Part shown: piece by piece, positions 46,473-61,035 of the stretch
Numbering within the stretch: position 1 is the stretch's first letter
Layout of the letters: each line of letters begins with the position of its first letter
From: Eledone cirrhosa
Lineage: Eukaryota
Length of the DNA stretch: 64,000 bases
NCBI GenBank assembly: GCA_964016885.1
Contig: OZ024760.1
Span: 18,910,001 to 18,974,000 of the forward strand
Direction: 5' to 3'
The notes under the pieces: model-generated
The model's input: only the letters and a program-made list of their open reading frames with translations
Databases searched by the model: none
What the model was told of the DNA's origin: nothing
Program-made: the position numbers and the translations under genes

Positions 46473-46884
46473 GGAGAGAGAGACATTGCGATGGAGGGAA
46501 ATAGAGTGAGAGGGAGAGAGAGCGAAAGAGAGATAGAGAGAAAATGGGAGAGAGAAAGAGTGAGAGAGAAGGAGTGGGAGAGAGATAAAGTGAGGGATAG
46601 AGGAAAAGAGAGAAAGATAGATATAGAGAGAAAATGAGATGGAATGAGAGGAGGAAAAGTGAGAAAGGGCGAGAGAGAGAGAAAGGTAGAAAGATAGAAA
46701 GATAGACAGAGAGAGCGAATGGTAAAGAGAAAGATAGATAAAGATAGAGAGAGAGAGAAAGATAGATAAAGATAGAGAGAGAGAGAAAGATAGATAGATG
46801 AAGAGAGAGAGAGAGGAAGGAGGGGAGAAAGAAATGCTAATACTGTATTGTTACTCTTTTTTATTTTTGTTGTTATTATTATTA

Positions 46885-46924
<40 letters not shown>

Positions 46925-47352
46925 TTATCGATCTCTAAAGTATGGAAGGCAAAGTTGACCTCTGCGCCATTTGATATATATAAAAAAAAAGAAAATGGCG
47001 GCAGAAAGCAGGAACGAATAAAGCAAAGCATTCATTCTACCCAGCAGCGTTCTATCAGATTTTCTCTTTCGTCACTTTATAGTTAAATGTGACCCAACAC
47101 AATAATTCACAAATACATTGTCTGATAAAACATTTCCCGCAGCCTAATACTTAATATTTCATATACAATAAACTGCGTCACCTAAAGCTATTAATGGTTG
47201 CCAGTAGCAATATAACTGGATGGAAAATAACTGAGGTTAATAATCCATTTATCGTATTTTTCTATAACAAATTGTTTGTGTGTTTGTTTGTTGGTTTGGT
47301 TTGTTTGGTTTGTTTGTTTGTTTATAGTTTGTTTGTTTGGCTTGTATTTTTT

Positions 47353-47404
<52 letters not shown>

Positions 47405-47510
47405 AAATCTATCTATGTAAAGTCCCCTGCATATGTCCTTGTATTGTCCCCTTTTCTTGTGCGCCATTGTGGCAAACAAAGAAATATATCTATGTATCTA
47501 TCTATCTATC

Positions 47511-48476
47511 GAGGAAAATGGGCGACTGGCACATCGAATGTGCTCAGGCGCTCACAGTCCTCTGGCAAATGGACCCGACAGTCAGTGGAGACTCCACTTC
47601 GACATTCTATAGAGGGTTGGTCCGCAGCAAGTACGACGACACGTTCGGAGAAACTCTAGACGTAGAGGAGGACGAACTGGCCAGTCTGTTCGGTAGGACC
47701 TTCCGCTCGGGACCAATGGACAACTTCCAAAAGTCCCTGGCCTGGCAGTGCTACCGAGGAGCTCTACCAGTTCGAAACAGGCTCTACAGACACGGGCGAC
47801 CGGGTAGGGACCCTTCGAAAAAGATCTGTCCGAGATGCGTGCGCGACGAGGAAACCGTCGCACACGCATTTGTACACTGCCCGGGCGTTACCGACCTGTG
47901 GGGCTATGTAGAACGACTATTGTCGCGGGTGGGATCAGTCCAGTTGACCACCGAGTCTATTGTCATGATCAAACCGCCACCCTCCTTCAAAAACGAGGGA
48001 GAGGCGGTTTTCCTATGTGTTATGGCTATGGTGAAAGAGGTTATATGGTGGACGAGGTTGAAAGTGCTGAGGTCAGACACCTTTCTCTCCGGCGAGCAAC
48101 TGATTCGTTTTTTCAAATATCATTTTGGAAGAAGAATCAGGATGGAGAGAGAGATGCTGTACCCCAGCAGATTTTATAAAAGGTGGGTGAATGTGGCAAA
48201 GATGGCCCGAGTGGTTGGGCCTTCTCTCTATATAAGCCTGTAAATTGAGGAAAAAGAGGAAGAGAGGAAGGTAGTACTCACTCTTGGTACTCCTGGAGGT
48301 GAGGGTTGTACATTTTTTCGGGGTGTGTACAACCCCTGTGTAATTCCCCCCCCCCCCATTGGGGATTTCAATTGTTATTTGTTATTGTATTAATAGTTTT
48401 ATTTTCATATACCTGTATGTAAACTCCCCATTTGTATTTGTCCCCTTCTTTTGTGCCCGTGTGGCTAATAAAGACA
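47511..48476 (+). mobile_element. Tx1/L1-clade LINE 3' end (zf-RVT-type CCHC region plus 3' UTR)
   Basis: ORF 47467-48243: SLAWQCYRGALPVRNRL..CPRC..EETVAHAFVHC..LW. Flanked by (TATC)n. Further copy at 62607-62852(-). Confidence 0.9.
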
Positions 48477-48770
48477 TTTATCTATCTATCTATCTACCAA
48501 TTTATCTGTCTACCTATCTATCTTCCGAGCTGCAATCCTGGGTCAAGCAAAGACCGAGAAAACTGGGCGCTTGGCACACCGAGTGTGCCCAGGCGCTCAC
48601 GGCCCTCTAGCAAGCTTAAAAACTTAAAACCACAACTGAATACTAACCCATACAATCACTAATACTCTTTTATTCCTAATTAAACCATTTTTCAACTGTG
48701 AACAATTTGTCAGCATTTTCTATTCCGTTTACCAATATATAATAACTTGTGTGTTACACCTCTATTCTTT

Positions 48771-48825
<55 letters not shown>

Positions 48826-48828
<3 letters not shown>

Positions 48829-49254
48829 GGAGGTGAGTTTTATTGTAGTACAATAAAGCAATGCAGATATCGGATAGGAAGCACTCTACAGTTTGTAGGA
48901 CTGGAGTATGCATAATATATAAGATCAAAAGATGGTTAAAGGAGTTCCATATATTTTATTATGCGCATTTCAAAAACAAACATCATCATGCAATAATATT
49001 TGTGTTTTCATCAGATAAAACAGGAGAACATGATATGAAGGCTAAAAAACACTTGTGGATAGTGCAGTTTTAAATCAACATGTCTTTATTAGCCATATGT
49101 TGATTTAAAACTGCACTATCCACAAGTGTTTTTTACCCTTCATATCATGTTCTCCTGTTTTATCTGATGAAAACACAAATATTATTGCATGATGATGTTT
49201 GTTTTTGAAATGCGCATAATAAAATATATGGAACTCCTTTAACCATCTTTTGAT

Positions 49255-49260
<6 letters not shown>
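48826..49260. mobile_element. Head-to-head H2 cassette with hammerheads at 48954-49020(-) and 49158-49224(+)
   Basis: Same family as 16020-16105 plus 17184-17450, without the Helitron; (TA)n on both sides. Confidence 0.85.
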
Positions 49261-49294
<34 letters not shown>

Positions 49295-49726
49295 AAGACA
49301 CTAATAAATGGAAACTATATTTATAAAACCATATTTATTTTATTATATATATATTACAAGGGCGACCAACTCAATCTTGGTGCGCTTTCATCAGATAAAA
49401 TACAAAATTTGTTTTATAAATAACGACATACCCATGGAAATCAACCTTAACGGTCGGAAATTCGCTGGATAGTCGCCCTTGAAATATGTATAATAAAATA
49501 AATATGGTTTTATAAATATAGTTTCCATTTATTAATATCTTGGAATATTTACTCCAGTAATTTGTTGAGTGCTCTATATCAGTTATAAACATTTGTGTTT
49601 GTCGAAATTCCAACAAATTAAATATAACTTCTACATATATATATATATAGGTACGTTATTCCGGGTTGAATCGGAGGTAACCACAGTAAGTAAGGTACTC
49701 AATACATTGCAGAGTATAACAGTTTT

Positions 49727-49840
49727 AATATAGATGAGATTCTACAGGACTAGAACTGTTTCATTCTTTAGAAATCATCAGGATTCCTGATGATTTCTAA
49801 AGAATGAAACAGTTCTAGTCCTGTAGAATCTCATCTATAT
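49727..49840. mobile_element. Fold-back element with two hammerhead cores back to back
   Basis: Both arms read CUGAUGA UUUC UAAA GAAU GAAAC AGUUCUA GUC^CUGUAG. The symmetry centre lies 1-3 nt upstream of CUGAUGA. Confidence 0.7.
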
Positions 49841-50338
49841 ATATATATATATCTGTGTGTGCATGTATTTTTGTATATATATTCAAATCTCCAAACATTT
49901 CCATAATTAACTCTAGCCCTAAGGCTGAGTTAATTATGGAAGTAAAGCTCCTTAAAATAGACAGGAACAATTGCCAGTGCTATCGTGTGTGTGTGTATAG
50001 ATATGTTTATGTGTATGCGTATATATATGTATATTATTATTATTGTTGTTGTTGTCGTTATTATTATTGTTGTTATTATTATTATTATTGTTATTAATAT
50101 ATATGTATATATATATATATATTTTTTTTTTTTTTCTCGTGCAATGGCCATACTCGATAACGAGGGGGCAGCCCTCATCATGTGTATATATATATATATA
50201 TGTGTGTGTGTATATATTTATGTATGTATATGTGTGTATATATATATGTGTGTATATATGTGTATATATATATGTGTATATATATATATGTGTGTGTGTA
50301 TATATGTGTATATATATATGTGTGTGTGTATGTATGTG

Positions 50339-50396
<58 letters not shown>

Positions 50397-50434
50397 TGTG
50401 TGTATATATGTGTGTGTGTATATGTGTGTGTATG

Positions 50435-50473
<39 letters not shown>

Positions 50474-51194
50474 ATATGAGAGAGTGTGCGTATGGTTAAA
50501 TACATTTTCAAAAAATGTAAATATTTTATTATTTCATGTCATGCTGTCAGTGTTCTGTTTACTACCTTGCAAGAATGTCTTGGATACAGTTTCCTGTGAT
50601 ATATGTCACCAAGAGACATATGTAACATGTTGTCGCCTATGTAAACTGATAGCAAATGCTGTGAATTTGAAACATAATTTATTTAAAACTCCTCTATTAA
50701 GTTAAATCAGGCTAGACTTCGATCATAATTATGGAAACAAACTCGTTGAAGTGACTTTTATCTCACATTTCATTGCACAAATAATTTTTTTAAGAGATTT
50801 CAAATGTTTATAATGTATAAATTATTAAAATAAATATTATTCCTGTTTTGTAAATATTTACGAAGACTCTTGAGTGTTTTTAGAATTAAAACTAAAAGTA
50901 CAAATTAACTTTATTCGCCTTGACCTAGGCCCGGAGCACAATCACCCTCACCCATTCTTCTGTGACACTAGAACCCTCCCCTTTCCCTTCTTTTCTGTTT
51001 TTTTTAAAAAGATATTTTCTTATTTTATATTCCATTCTTTCTCCTCAATTGTCATTATGTGGAACGAGAAAAACAATTTCTTGCAAAGACATAAACACTT
51101 CCACTATTTATGAACTTATAGGTAAGGAATTTGAAAAGTAATTCTATAACATTAAAATTACTTGAAACTCAGGAGAAAATTAAACGACTGAGGT

Positions 51195-51365
51195 GAAGAT
51201 AAGTACCCAGACGAGAATACCGTCATGTTCAAGGGAGGTAAATCTTTAACGTGGGAAGCTGACGTCCTGTGACACGTTCTCCACCTCCAGTATTATCGAT
51301 TTGGCCAAGGCGAAGACCCTGGGCACAGTCTCCATTAAAACGCAGACGAGAGGAAGACGTTGGGT
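51195..51365 (+). pseudogene. Decayed CRE-like LINE restriction-endonuclease fragment
   Basis: KYPDENTVMFKGGKSLTWEA/TSCDTFSTS resembles the RPDG.T..PW..GK.L.WD.TC.DT motif. Confidence 0.45.
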
Positions 51366-52559
51366 GCAGTCTCCATTAAAACGCAGACGAGAGGATGGTA
51401 TGTAAATACTGGGATATTTTTTTATATCGCATTTCATTGCTCAAATAATTTTTTCAAGGAACTTCAAATATTCGGAATGCATAGATTCGTAAAATAAATA
51501 CTTTTCCTGTTTTGTTAATATTTTCCAAGATTCGCAAGAGGTTTTAGAATTAAATCTTAAAAGTATAAATTATCTTTATGAAGATTCAAAATAATGAAAC
51601 ACGTTTAGTAGATTCGTAGCAAAATACTTAATATTTTCTTGCACAGGGCGGTGTATTGGCTCTAGTAGAATATTAGACAAAATGTTTTCCTGTATTTAGT
51701 TACGACTTTCTACGTTTTGAGTTCAAATCTCACCCAAGTTAGCTTTGCTTTGCAGCTTTGATAACAAAATATCCCAGCTAAGTACTGGAGTCGATATAAT
51801 AGATTCCCTCCTATCCCCGATTTGCTGCCCTGGGGTGTCACAGTTTGAAATATTTCCTAGCATAGTGACAAAACCTCATATCTAACCGGTACACTATTCT
51901 ACCGATCATAAATTATTAAACCCCATTATTTAACTAGTTGGTACTCTATTTTATCGGCCGTAGAAGGTTGAATGCCAATAATTAATGTATTCAATAGTCC
52001 TTTGGATAATCTAGAAGGTTCTAAAGTTATCCACATATATTTAATTCAATGTATATATAAAAAGCTTTCAAAATTTACTATTTTTAATAATTCATTAAGT
52101 AGATATAGATTATCGATAAAATGTCAATAATTACTCTCCTGGAAAGCAAAAATATATACATTAAATATATTTTCAAACTTTAACATATTCACTCAATAAC
52201 TCTGCAAAAAGATATCAGAATATCTGAATTTGTAAATCACCATGCGTTAGTTGAACTTTCAGTAAAACTTTGGAGTTCCTTGTGATTTAATTGGTTTTGG
52301 AAATCTAAGTCTTCGATCACAACTGTATTTCTTCTCTTCTTAAGTAGAAACAAGTCAATAAATTTGGTAAATGTATTTCACTTGGAGATTAATAAGTCGA
52401 GTCGATCGATACGTTAGAAAGAACAATTTTGAAGAGTATTTTTATTTGTTTCTGTTTAATTTAACACTAGTACGACCGAATGATCGAGAAGTTCGCTTCT
52501 CAGTCATATCTCTCCCAGATTTGATAACGATATGTGGCAAATATATCTTTGATATATTT

Positions 52560-52799
52560 CATGGGCGTGTAACAGGCGGTCCACGAGCCACAATCCGGCC
52601 GGCCAGAGCAGTCAGAGTGGCCCGCGATGACCGTTTTTAATTTTTACCTTAATCAACTATAAAAGCGAAATTCATTAGATGGCCGTTTATGTTAAATTAT
52701 TCGATTGCATTTCCAATTTCAAGTGTTACATATGTTTGACAGTGACTGGCCCTAATAGTTGTTTCAGTGTTCAAAAATGGAATATGTTGCACACCCCTG
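52560..52799. mobile_element. hAT (Charlie-like) MITE
   Basis: Imperfect TIRs catgggcgtgtaaca / tgttgcacacccctg, GC-rich ggccc subterminal motifs, and a possible 8-bp TSD atatattt/acatatct. Confidence 0.6.
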
Positions 52800-53695
52800 A
52801 CATATCTGATATCGCTGATATCAAATAGAAGTGGGGGCTTGAGGAGGGAAAGCCGTGAGGTGGGGTGGCTGTTACAGCTGGCGTCTCTGGACATTCTCTG
52901 CGTATCGTTTTTGCTGTTTTGTCTACAGTGCGTGACTGAGGTATCGTGTAGACTGAGGTAGAGTGTCTGCAGCGACAACAGCAGCTACAAAACATATCAA
53001 CAGCAGCAGCAACATCCTCATGCAAAAAAGCAACAGCGGCAGCTACAAAACATATCAACAGCAGCAGCAACATGCTCATCAAAGACAGCAACAACAACAG
53101 CAACAAAACGAACACAAATTGACCGCTATATTTCGTTAATCTTCTAAAATATATGAATGACGGTTGTAAATATTTTTGACCAGACACTTCTTTCTAAATC
53201 GTATTAAGCTTTCTCAGTCATATTAACTACAATACTACAATCGATCTACTTCGGAATAATTCACGCAGTTTTATTATGTCAATAAAACTTCGTCCGTTGA
53301 AACCGTAGTAAAGTTGGCTCAAAGATACACACAAATACGAGGAAATTAAACTTTATCTGTTTAGAGATTTAGCGGGGATTCTAGTTTTTTGCTTTGCTTT
53401 GCTCGTTTTTTGTTTTTTTTGCTGGTTTCAGTGGTTAGCTATTTCATCCTCCGAGTGTTAAGATCGTAAACGAAATAACCTTTTATTGAAGAGAGAAAGA
53501 GAAAAAAACAAACAAAATAAACAGACAAATAAAGCGAGGGATGGGTAAATAGTGTCACGAGGCCGAGTTGGGGATTAAGTTGTTGTAACAATAGTTGTAA
53601 TTGAATACATTAATTATTATACGAAGGATTCAATACATGTGTGTATTGAGAAAGAATGGATAGCAAGGCAAGTTATTAAACAAAAGCTCTAAAAT

Positions 53696-53905
53696 CACAC
53701 ACACACACACACACACCACACCACACCACACCACACCACACCACACCACACCACACCACACCACACCACACCACACCACACCACACCACACCACACCACA
53801 CCACACCACACCACACACACACCACACCACACCACACCACACCACACCACACCACACCACACCACACCACACCACACCACAGACACACACACACACACAC
53901 ACACA
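53696..53905. repeat. (CACCA)n pentanucleotide inside (CA)n
   Basis: Seen directly. Confidence 0.95.
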
Positions 53906-54373
53906 AAAAAAAAACACGCTCAGACACTATTCCTATAATACCAACCGCAAGTCTGATAATATATGTAATATAGAGGTGCCATGTTTATTTGTGTCTAGTT
54001 GGATTAACAATAACATGCAGAAAGTCTCCTGTTGCTAATTTTGAATATAAACAGTTTCATGTATGTTTTGTAATGCATTAACTCCCTGTCAATCAAGCGT
54101 ATTGTTTATCGACAAAACGATATTTCGGTGTCCACGCCATATTCACATTTCGTGTGAACTATGATTATATCTTGCATATTCCTGTGAACTTAGTTCAGTT
54201 TCTTCAAGGCGTTTAGATCAATAACCAGCCTCGGCAGATATCTTCGGCTTCGAACTTTCATAGAGTAGCGATAAAGAGGAAGTGAATGACTATAATATGT
54301 AATGTGAATATGTATAATGAGCTATTTATTTTCTTACAACATAGCTGCAATATTTCAGCAAAGCGAGTGATCG

Positions 54374-54441
54374 GTAAGTCTCGTATATATATCTGATGAC
54401 CCTGTGATAGATAGGCGAAACTTCATAGTAGCAAGACTTAC
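54374..54441 (+). ncRNA. Type I hammerhead with an (AT)4 insertion between stem I and core
   Basis: GUAAGUCUCGU [AUAUAUAU] CUGAUGA C CCUGU GAUAG AUAGG C GAAAC UUCAUA GUA^GCAAGACUUAC. Confidence 0.65.
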
Positions 54442-54541
54442 TATTTAGCCTTAATAAAATGAATATTAAAACTCTATTTCGATATAGAGTACTTTCTTTC
54501 TCTTAGCCGTCAACCACACACGGATATATCTATATATCTAT

Positions 54542-54898
<357 letters not shown>

Positions 54899-54922
54899 GA
54901 AAGTGAACACAATATATAACTA

Positions 54923-54990
54923 CTCCATTACAAAAGGTTTCCGGACCCTAGACAATATTAACATATGTCTAGTTCGCTCGTCAGATGAAA
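54923..54990 (-). ncRNA. Type I hammerhead
   Basis: UUUCAU CUGACGA GCGAA CUAGACA UAUGUUAAUAU UGUCUAG GGUCCG GAAAC CUUUU GUA^AUGGAG. Confidence 0.68.
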
Positions 54991-55595
54991 AGTTGCGAAA
55001 AATCTGAAATATTGTCTAGCTCTGTATTATACATAGAGCACTCTTTTTTCCTTTGCTTTTTCTTCGGAAATACTTAACATTACTTCTGTCAGCCAACTAA
55101 CAGAGAAAGAAGGACAAACACAGACAGAGATATGAACTTTCCTCTCTAAATATGTAAAATCTAATAATGTTTCTTCCCCTTTTTATTATTCGTATAAATA
55201 TGCAATATAACTACATTATGCATATCCGCAGTTGAAAAAGCATGTAATGCTGAAACCGGTACCATTATTAAATGAAGAAATATACACTTTATAGATAAAT
55301 TAATTATTTCTACTTTAGGCACAAGACCAGCAATTACCCAGTGCATTACTGGTACTTTATTTTATCGACCCCGTAAGGATGAAAGGCAAAGTCAACCTCG
55401 GCGGGATTTGAACTCAGATCGTAAAGGGACGTAACTATGCTGGAAAGCATAGCGTCCGACCCTCTACTGATACTGCCAATCCACTTTATAGATAAATTAA
55501 TGTTTTGATATTATACTGAAAGAATCAGCATTTTCCTCCCTACTATTTGTGTATATATATATATATATATATATCCGAGCTGTTTACATACACAC

Positions 55596-55643
<48 letters not shown>

Positions 55644-56834
55644 CGGAGGAGTTGTGGTAAGGAACCAGATGGACCAGAGTACTCAATACTTAGGGTAGTA
55701 GAGTGGGTAATAGGAGAAAGTATGACCCCGACGGTAGAGCTCAAGCCGTTTCGACAGCTATTTCAGTCCAGAAATAGCCGTCGAAACGGCTTGAGCTCTG
55801 CCGTCGGGGTCATACTTTCTCCTATATATATATATATCCGGATTGTTTACGTACACACACGTTTATTAGTTTAAAAAATAAAACGAAAACTGCTTCCTCT
55901 ATTTATTATTTTGCACCGGAATTGTAAAAAAAAGAAGTATTTTTACATGATTATATTCTCATGCTTTTCAGCTTGAGTGTTCCAAACTTTATGATCTGTA
56001 TATAAACTTACAAATAAGATTCATAGCTTTCTAGATTTCTATACTATAAATTTGTACTGCCTAAGGGAAATTTTTCGCTTTTCATTTAACGTCAGTATAT
56101 ATATCCAAACGTGTATTTGGAAAATAATCAGTGAACTGCATAAGTCTAAAGATCAATTGGGAAAAAAACATACAATTAAACAATCATACAACTGCTATAG
56201 TGAGTAATAAAATAGATTTAGCTCTGAAGTAGCAATATTTTTTTAAACAACATATGTTGAGTGGAAGAAGCCTGCGCAATTTCTTTTAGCTCCAGGCCTT
56301 AGAAAATACATTCCTAGATTATTAGAGGAAAAAGATATTTCACTGAATATAACTTCATTTCTAATGTGATATGTCGTACTTAATATCTTGTTGAAGCGTT
56401 GAAATATAAGACCTGAAATGTTACAACATCATGTATGTACAAGAAGGCGGTTTAAGTGTGAATTAGTTCATTCGGAAATCACTTGGTGAAAGGTCCGATA
56501 CCACCAACTTGAGCGCGCGCACACACGCACACACACGCACACACACGTACACGTACACGCACACGCACACACATATATATCGATCGACTTTCGTCAAATC
56601 GGATCGAGGAAACAATGTTTCTGTCGGTCTTTCCAGCTGCTAATACTATCTATCGGTCGCAACTCCAGCTAGGAGCAACGTGAAATAAAGTGTCTTGCTC
56701 AAGGACATAACGCATCGCCCAGTCCAGGAATCGAACTTACAACCTCAAGATTGTGAATCCAATTCTCTAACCACTCACCCACACGCCTTCATCGGTCCGA
56801 TTTGGCGAAAGTCGATCGATATTTATTTATATAT

Positions 56835-57006
<172 letters not shown>

Positions 57007-57579
57007 TTAAGCAACGAATCGCTGCTTTCATCCGATTTCGGGCTTAAATACATACATTCCTTATCGAGCCCTCTTCGGATTTACGACTTCGTAATTATTA
57101 TAACTTGCCAAGTTATTTAGAACACTGGTTTAACCACTTTACTTCCTTCCGAAAAAGAGATATTATTCTATGTCCATACCTGCATTGTTTTGGCTTTACA
57201 AATTCAAACGTTTATACCTCATTACACAATGCTTCAAGTGAAGTATAACTTCCTCCATATATATATATATATACACACACATATATATATGTATATATAT
57301 ATACACACACAAATATATATATATATATATACACACACAAATATATATATATATACACACACACAAATATATATATATTTGTTGCAGTGAAATAATACAT
57401 TTTCTCCCCAGATTCTGGTGAGGTTAAAAGGTTGTCAAATCAATTTAGTTTGAATTGAATGAGAGGTAATTGTTTGTATGTTGGACATATGATAGCAAAT
57501 CTATATATTTTAGTGGAACATTGCCATTACCTTGAACGTTTTATGTATATGTATATATATATATAAGCACACAGACACA

Positions 57580-57614
<35 letters not shown>

Positions 57615-58724
57615 TGTCCCCCCAACATGTATACACACTTGAAAAGCTTTCTAATAAATATTGCCAGTACAGGTAATGAAATTGTGTATACATTTTTGGT
57701 GACTGCACACACACACATATATATATATATATGCAGTCAGCAAAAATGTATACACAATTTCATTACCTGTGTGTATACATGTTGGGGGGACATGTATACA
57801 CACAGGTAATGAAATTGTGTATACATTTTTGGTGACTGCATATATATATATATATATGAAAAGAAATAATGATAATGTAATCGTAAAAGTGTTCCGTGAA
57901 AGTGTAAATTACACAGGTTCGCATGATAATAATTATAGTCATATATTATTTGCAATTAGTTTTACATATACCGAGAAATGAATCGAAATTGAGACGAAGG
58001 TATAGAAAACAAGAAAAAAGCCATTGTTCTTGAAACTGCGTTTCTCTAGCTAGGTATGATATTAGTGAGATGAAAATTACGTGGAAGGCGGAGTATGTAT
58101 TAACGAAGACGCCGTACACAACAATGGTAGACATTTTTGGATTTTTACTTTGGTACTTTGATTTGTTGTTGGTGGAAAGCTTTTAGCTTCTACTTGTAAA
58201 ATATCCGCATAGCTACTTTATGTGAAAATGTTTGCATAACAGCTATCTCCAGTGACAACACTTGTTGGAAAGAAACGCATGTTAGTTAAATATACAGAGA
58301 ATGAAAAAAAAGAATAGTAATTTCTCAAACAAATGCATATCTTTTACAAGAAATAAAATACTGATTTATAATAGAAAGTAATAAATTGACAAGCTGTTAT
58401 TGTGTGTAACTTTAGATTCTATAACTCATCTAGGTCAACGTTGTCTTTAATCCTTCCTATTAATAAAAATATATTACCAGTAACAGACTTGCGAACCACT
58501 AAAAACCCTAACGGGGAGTACCACGAACAAAATATTTGTTGTTCTGGGCCGGTTATTTTAGAGAATATCGGGTTCCAACTAATAATAATTGTTTCTACTT
58601 CTGGCACAAGGCCAGCAAATACCCAATACATTACTGGTACTTTATTTTATCGACCCCGTAAGGATGAAAGGCAAAGTTAACCTCGGCGGGATTTGAACTC
58701 AGACCGTAAAGGGACGTAACGTAC

Positions 58725-58933
58725 CAATAATAATAGCCCAACTTAATACCAGGGATTGAAACCTCCATTTACACATCCTTCCTTGTCATTTAGTACCTGC
58801 TGCTGGTCCAGAAACTTTATAAATACTCGAGTTATTCACATTAGGCATGTCGTCTGCAATGTTTCAATCCCTGATGTAAAGTTTATCTTCGACAGCTTGC
58901 TTTCAAGGTTCTTTGTCCCCATGCTGAAACCGC

Positions 58934-58987
<54 letters not shown>

Positions 58988-59516
58988 CATCATTGTTATT
59001 ACTCCTTGAGTCTCGGTCATTGATGTTAGTTAACTGGAAAGTCCGTTGGAATGAATATCAAGCCACTACCTGCAGCCTCAGATATTCAGGACGTATCGGA
59101 GGGTTCTTGCTGTTCCCAGCAAGCATGCCTTTTGAAGCGTTTCAAAAAGCGTGAAGGGGCCGATTTTCTTTAACCATCCCTCGAAACATTTGGAGATAGT
59201 CCCCAGTGCGCCTATGACAATCGGGATCACTTTGACTTCATGGCAGTTCCAAATCCTTTTTACCTCCCACTTTAAGCCCTGGTATCGGTTAATTTTCTCC
59301 CTCTCCTTCTCTTGCATTCTCGTGTCGAATGGGCAGGCCACATCCACAATCAGGCACGATCTTTTTTCTTTGTCCATAACCACCAGGTCAGGTCTATTGT
59401 GTTCCAGTTTCTTGTCCGTCTGTATCCTAAAATCCCACAGCACCTTCACCTGATCGTTCTCTATCACCGCCTCTGGCTTATGCTCATACCATTTCTCAGA
59501 ATGTGGTAAATTGTTT
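58725..59516 (-). mobile_element. Two R4/Dong-like LINE 3' ends separated by (TAA)n
   Basis: ORF 59078-59467: KVLWDFRIQTDKKLEHNRPDLVV..IVDVACPFD..EKINRY..IPIVIGALG..LQKACLLGTARTLR. Decayed copy at 58760-58930. Confidence 0.88.
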
Positions 59517-59537
59517 ACTATTATTATTATTATTATT

Positions 59538-60687
59538 ACAGTTGCATTTATCTTGCTTTATGTTCATACGAGTTATCACCAAGTCACAACCAGTGACCTC
59601 AAGAGACAACAAGGTCCGCCATGTTCAAGAAAGAACATACATACTCACACATTCATCCTTAGTGTTTAGACTTGTGATGTACTTATATTGACAGAATCTT
59701 CCTTAGTATATGGGCAGTTCCCATTAGTACTATCTTTTGTATTTCTCCTATACGCGGGTTTCCTGGGATTTGCGATAAGTAATCATTAGACCCCTTAGGT
59801 ATCATTCCCAGAGCGCCTACAACCACTGGTATTGTTTTAGTTCTCAATTTCCACATTTTTCCAATTTCTATCTCCAGGTCCTTATACTTGCTCAATTTTT
59901 CAAATGTTTTTATAGATACATTCTTGTCTATTGGAACAGACGTATCAATTAGCAGGCATACCCTCTTTTTAAAGTCCTTCAATATTATATCAGGTCTATT
60001 TGCATCTATTTTTCGGTCTGTTTGGATGCTAAAGTTCCACAAGATTGAGATGTGATCTTTTTCAAGTATGGGAGGTGGTTGATGCTCCCACCAATTCTTT
60101 TGATGGGGCAGGTCAAAATGCTTACACATTATCCAATGTATGTATTGTGCAGCTCTGTCATGCCTGTTTAGGTATTCGGTTGGAGCTATAGGGCTGCACA
60201 TTGAAATTATATGGTCAATGGTCTCTGATTGTGTTTTGCATACACGGCATAATGGGCTGCATCCATTTTTTATTATATTGGCTTGGTAATTTTTTGTTGG
60301 CAGACACTGATCTTGTGCTGATATAATCAGTCCTTCAGTCTCCGATTTCAGTCTAGAAGATGCCAACCGTCAATATCAGGATTGTTAGCTCGCTCTGGGT
60401 ATTTTCCATACAGAGGCTTTTCTTGCCATTTCTTAGCCAGTTTCTGTAGCAGTTCTTTCTTTGCAGTTACTTTTACCTGCTTTGCTTTTTCTGTGTTTTC
60501 CATTTCAGCAGTAAATGGGACTTCTGAAATTTGTAGTCCATTACTGTATCTTTGTGCATCTTTTGTAATGGAATATGATCTTTTGATGCTTTCGTATTTC
60601 AAAACGAGTTTGATCATCCAATCATGTGATTCCCTTAGATATGTAGATAATCCAATTGTTGCAGTTTTCAACGCAATGTCTAACTGG
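59538..60687 (-). mobile_element. R4/Dong-clade LINE 3' part: CCHC zinc knuckle plus PD-(D/E)xK endonuclease, one frameshift
   Basis: LKSETEGLIISAQDQ, CRVCKTQSETIDHIISMC, RHD, NRPDII, IDTSVP, KLSKY. (TAA)n on both flanks; 3' end duplicated at 60719-61000. Confidence 0.92.
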
Positions 60688-60719
<32 letters not shown>

Positions 60720-61000
60720 AGTTGCATTTATCTTGCTTTATGTTCATACGAGTTATCACCAAGTCACAACCAGTGACCTCAAGAGACAACAAGGTCCGCC
60801 ATGTTCAAGAAAGAACATACATACTCACACATTCATCCTTAGTGTTTAGACCTGTGATGTACTTATATTGACAGAATCTTCCTTAGTATATGGGCAGTTC
60901 CCATTAGTAATATCTTTTGTATTTCTCCTATACGCGGGTTTCCTGGGATTTGCGATAAGTAATCATTAGACCCCTTAGGTATAATTCCTAGAGCGCCTAC

Positions 61001-61035
<35 letters not shown>

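Noticed and set aside
58756-59154. 132-aa ORF with a poly-Leu stretch, or a host exon
   Set aside because: Antisense of R4 LINE remnants plus (TTA)n.
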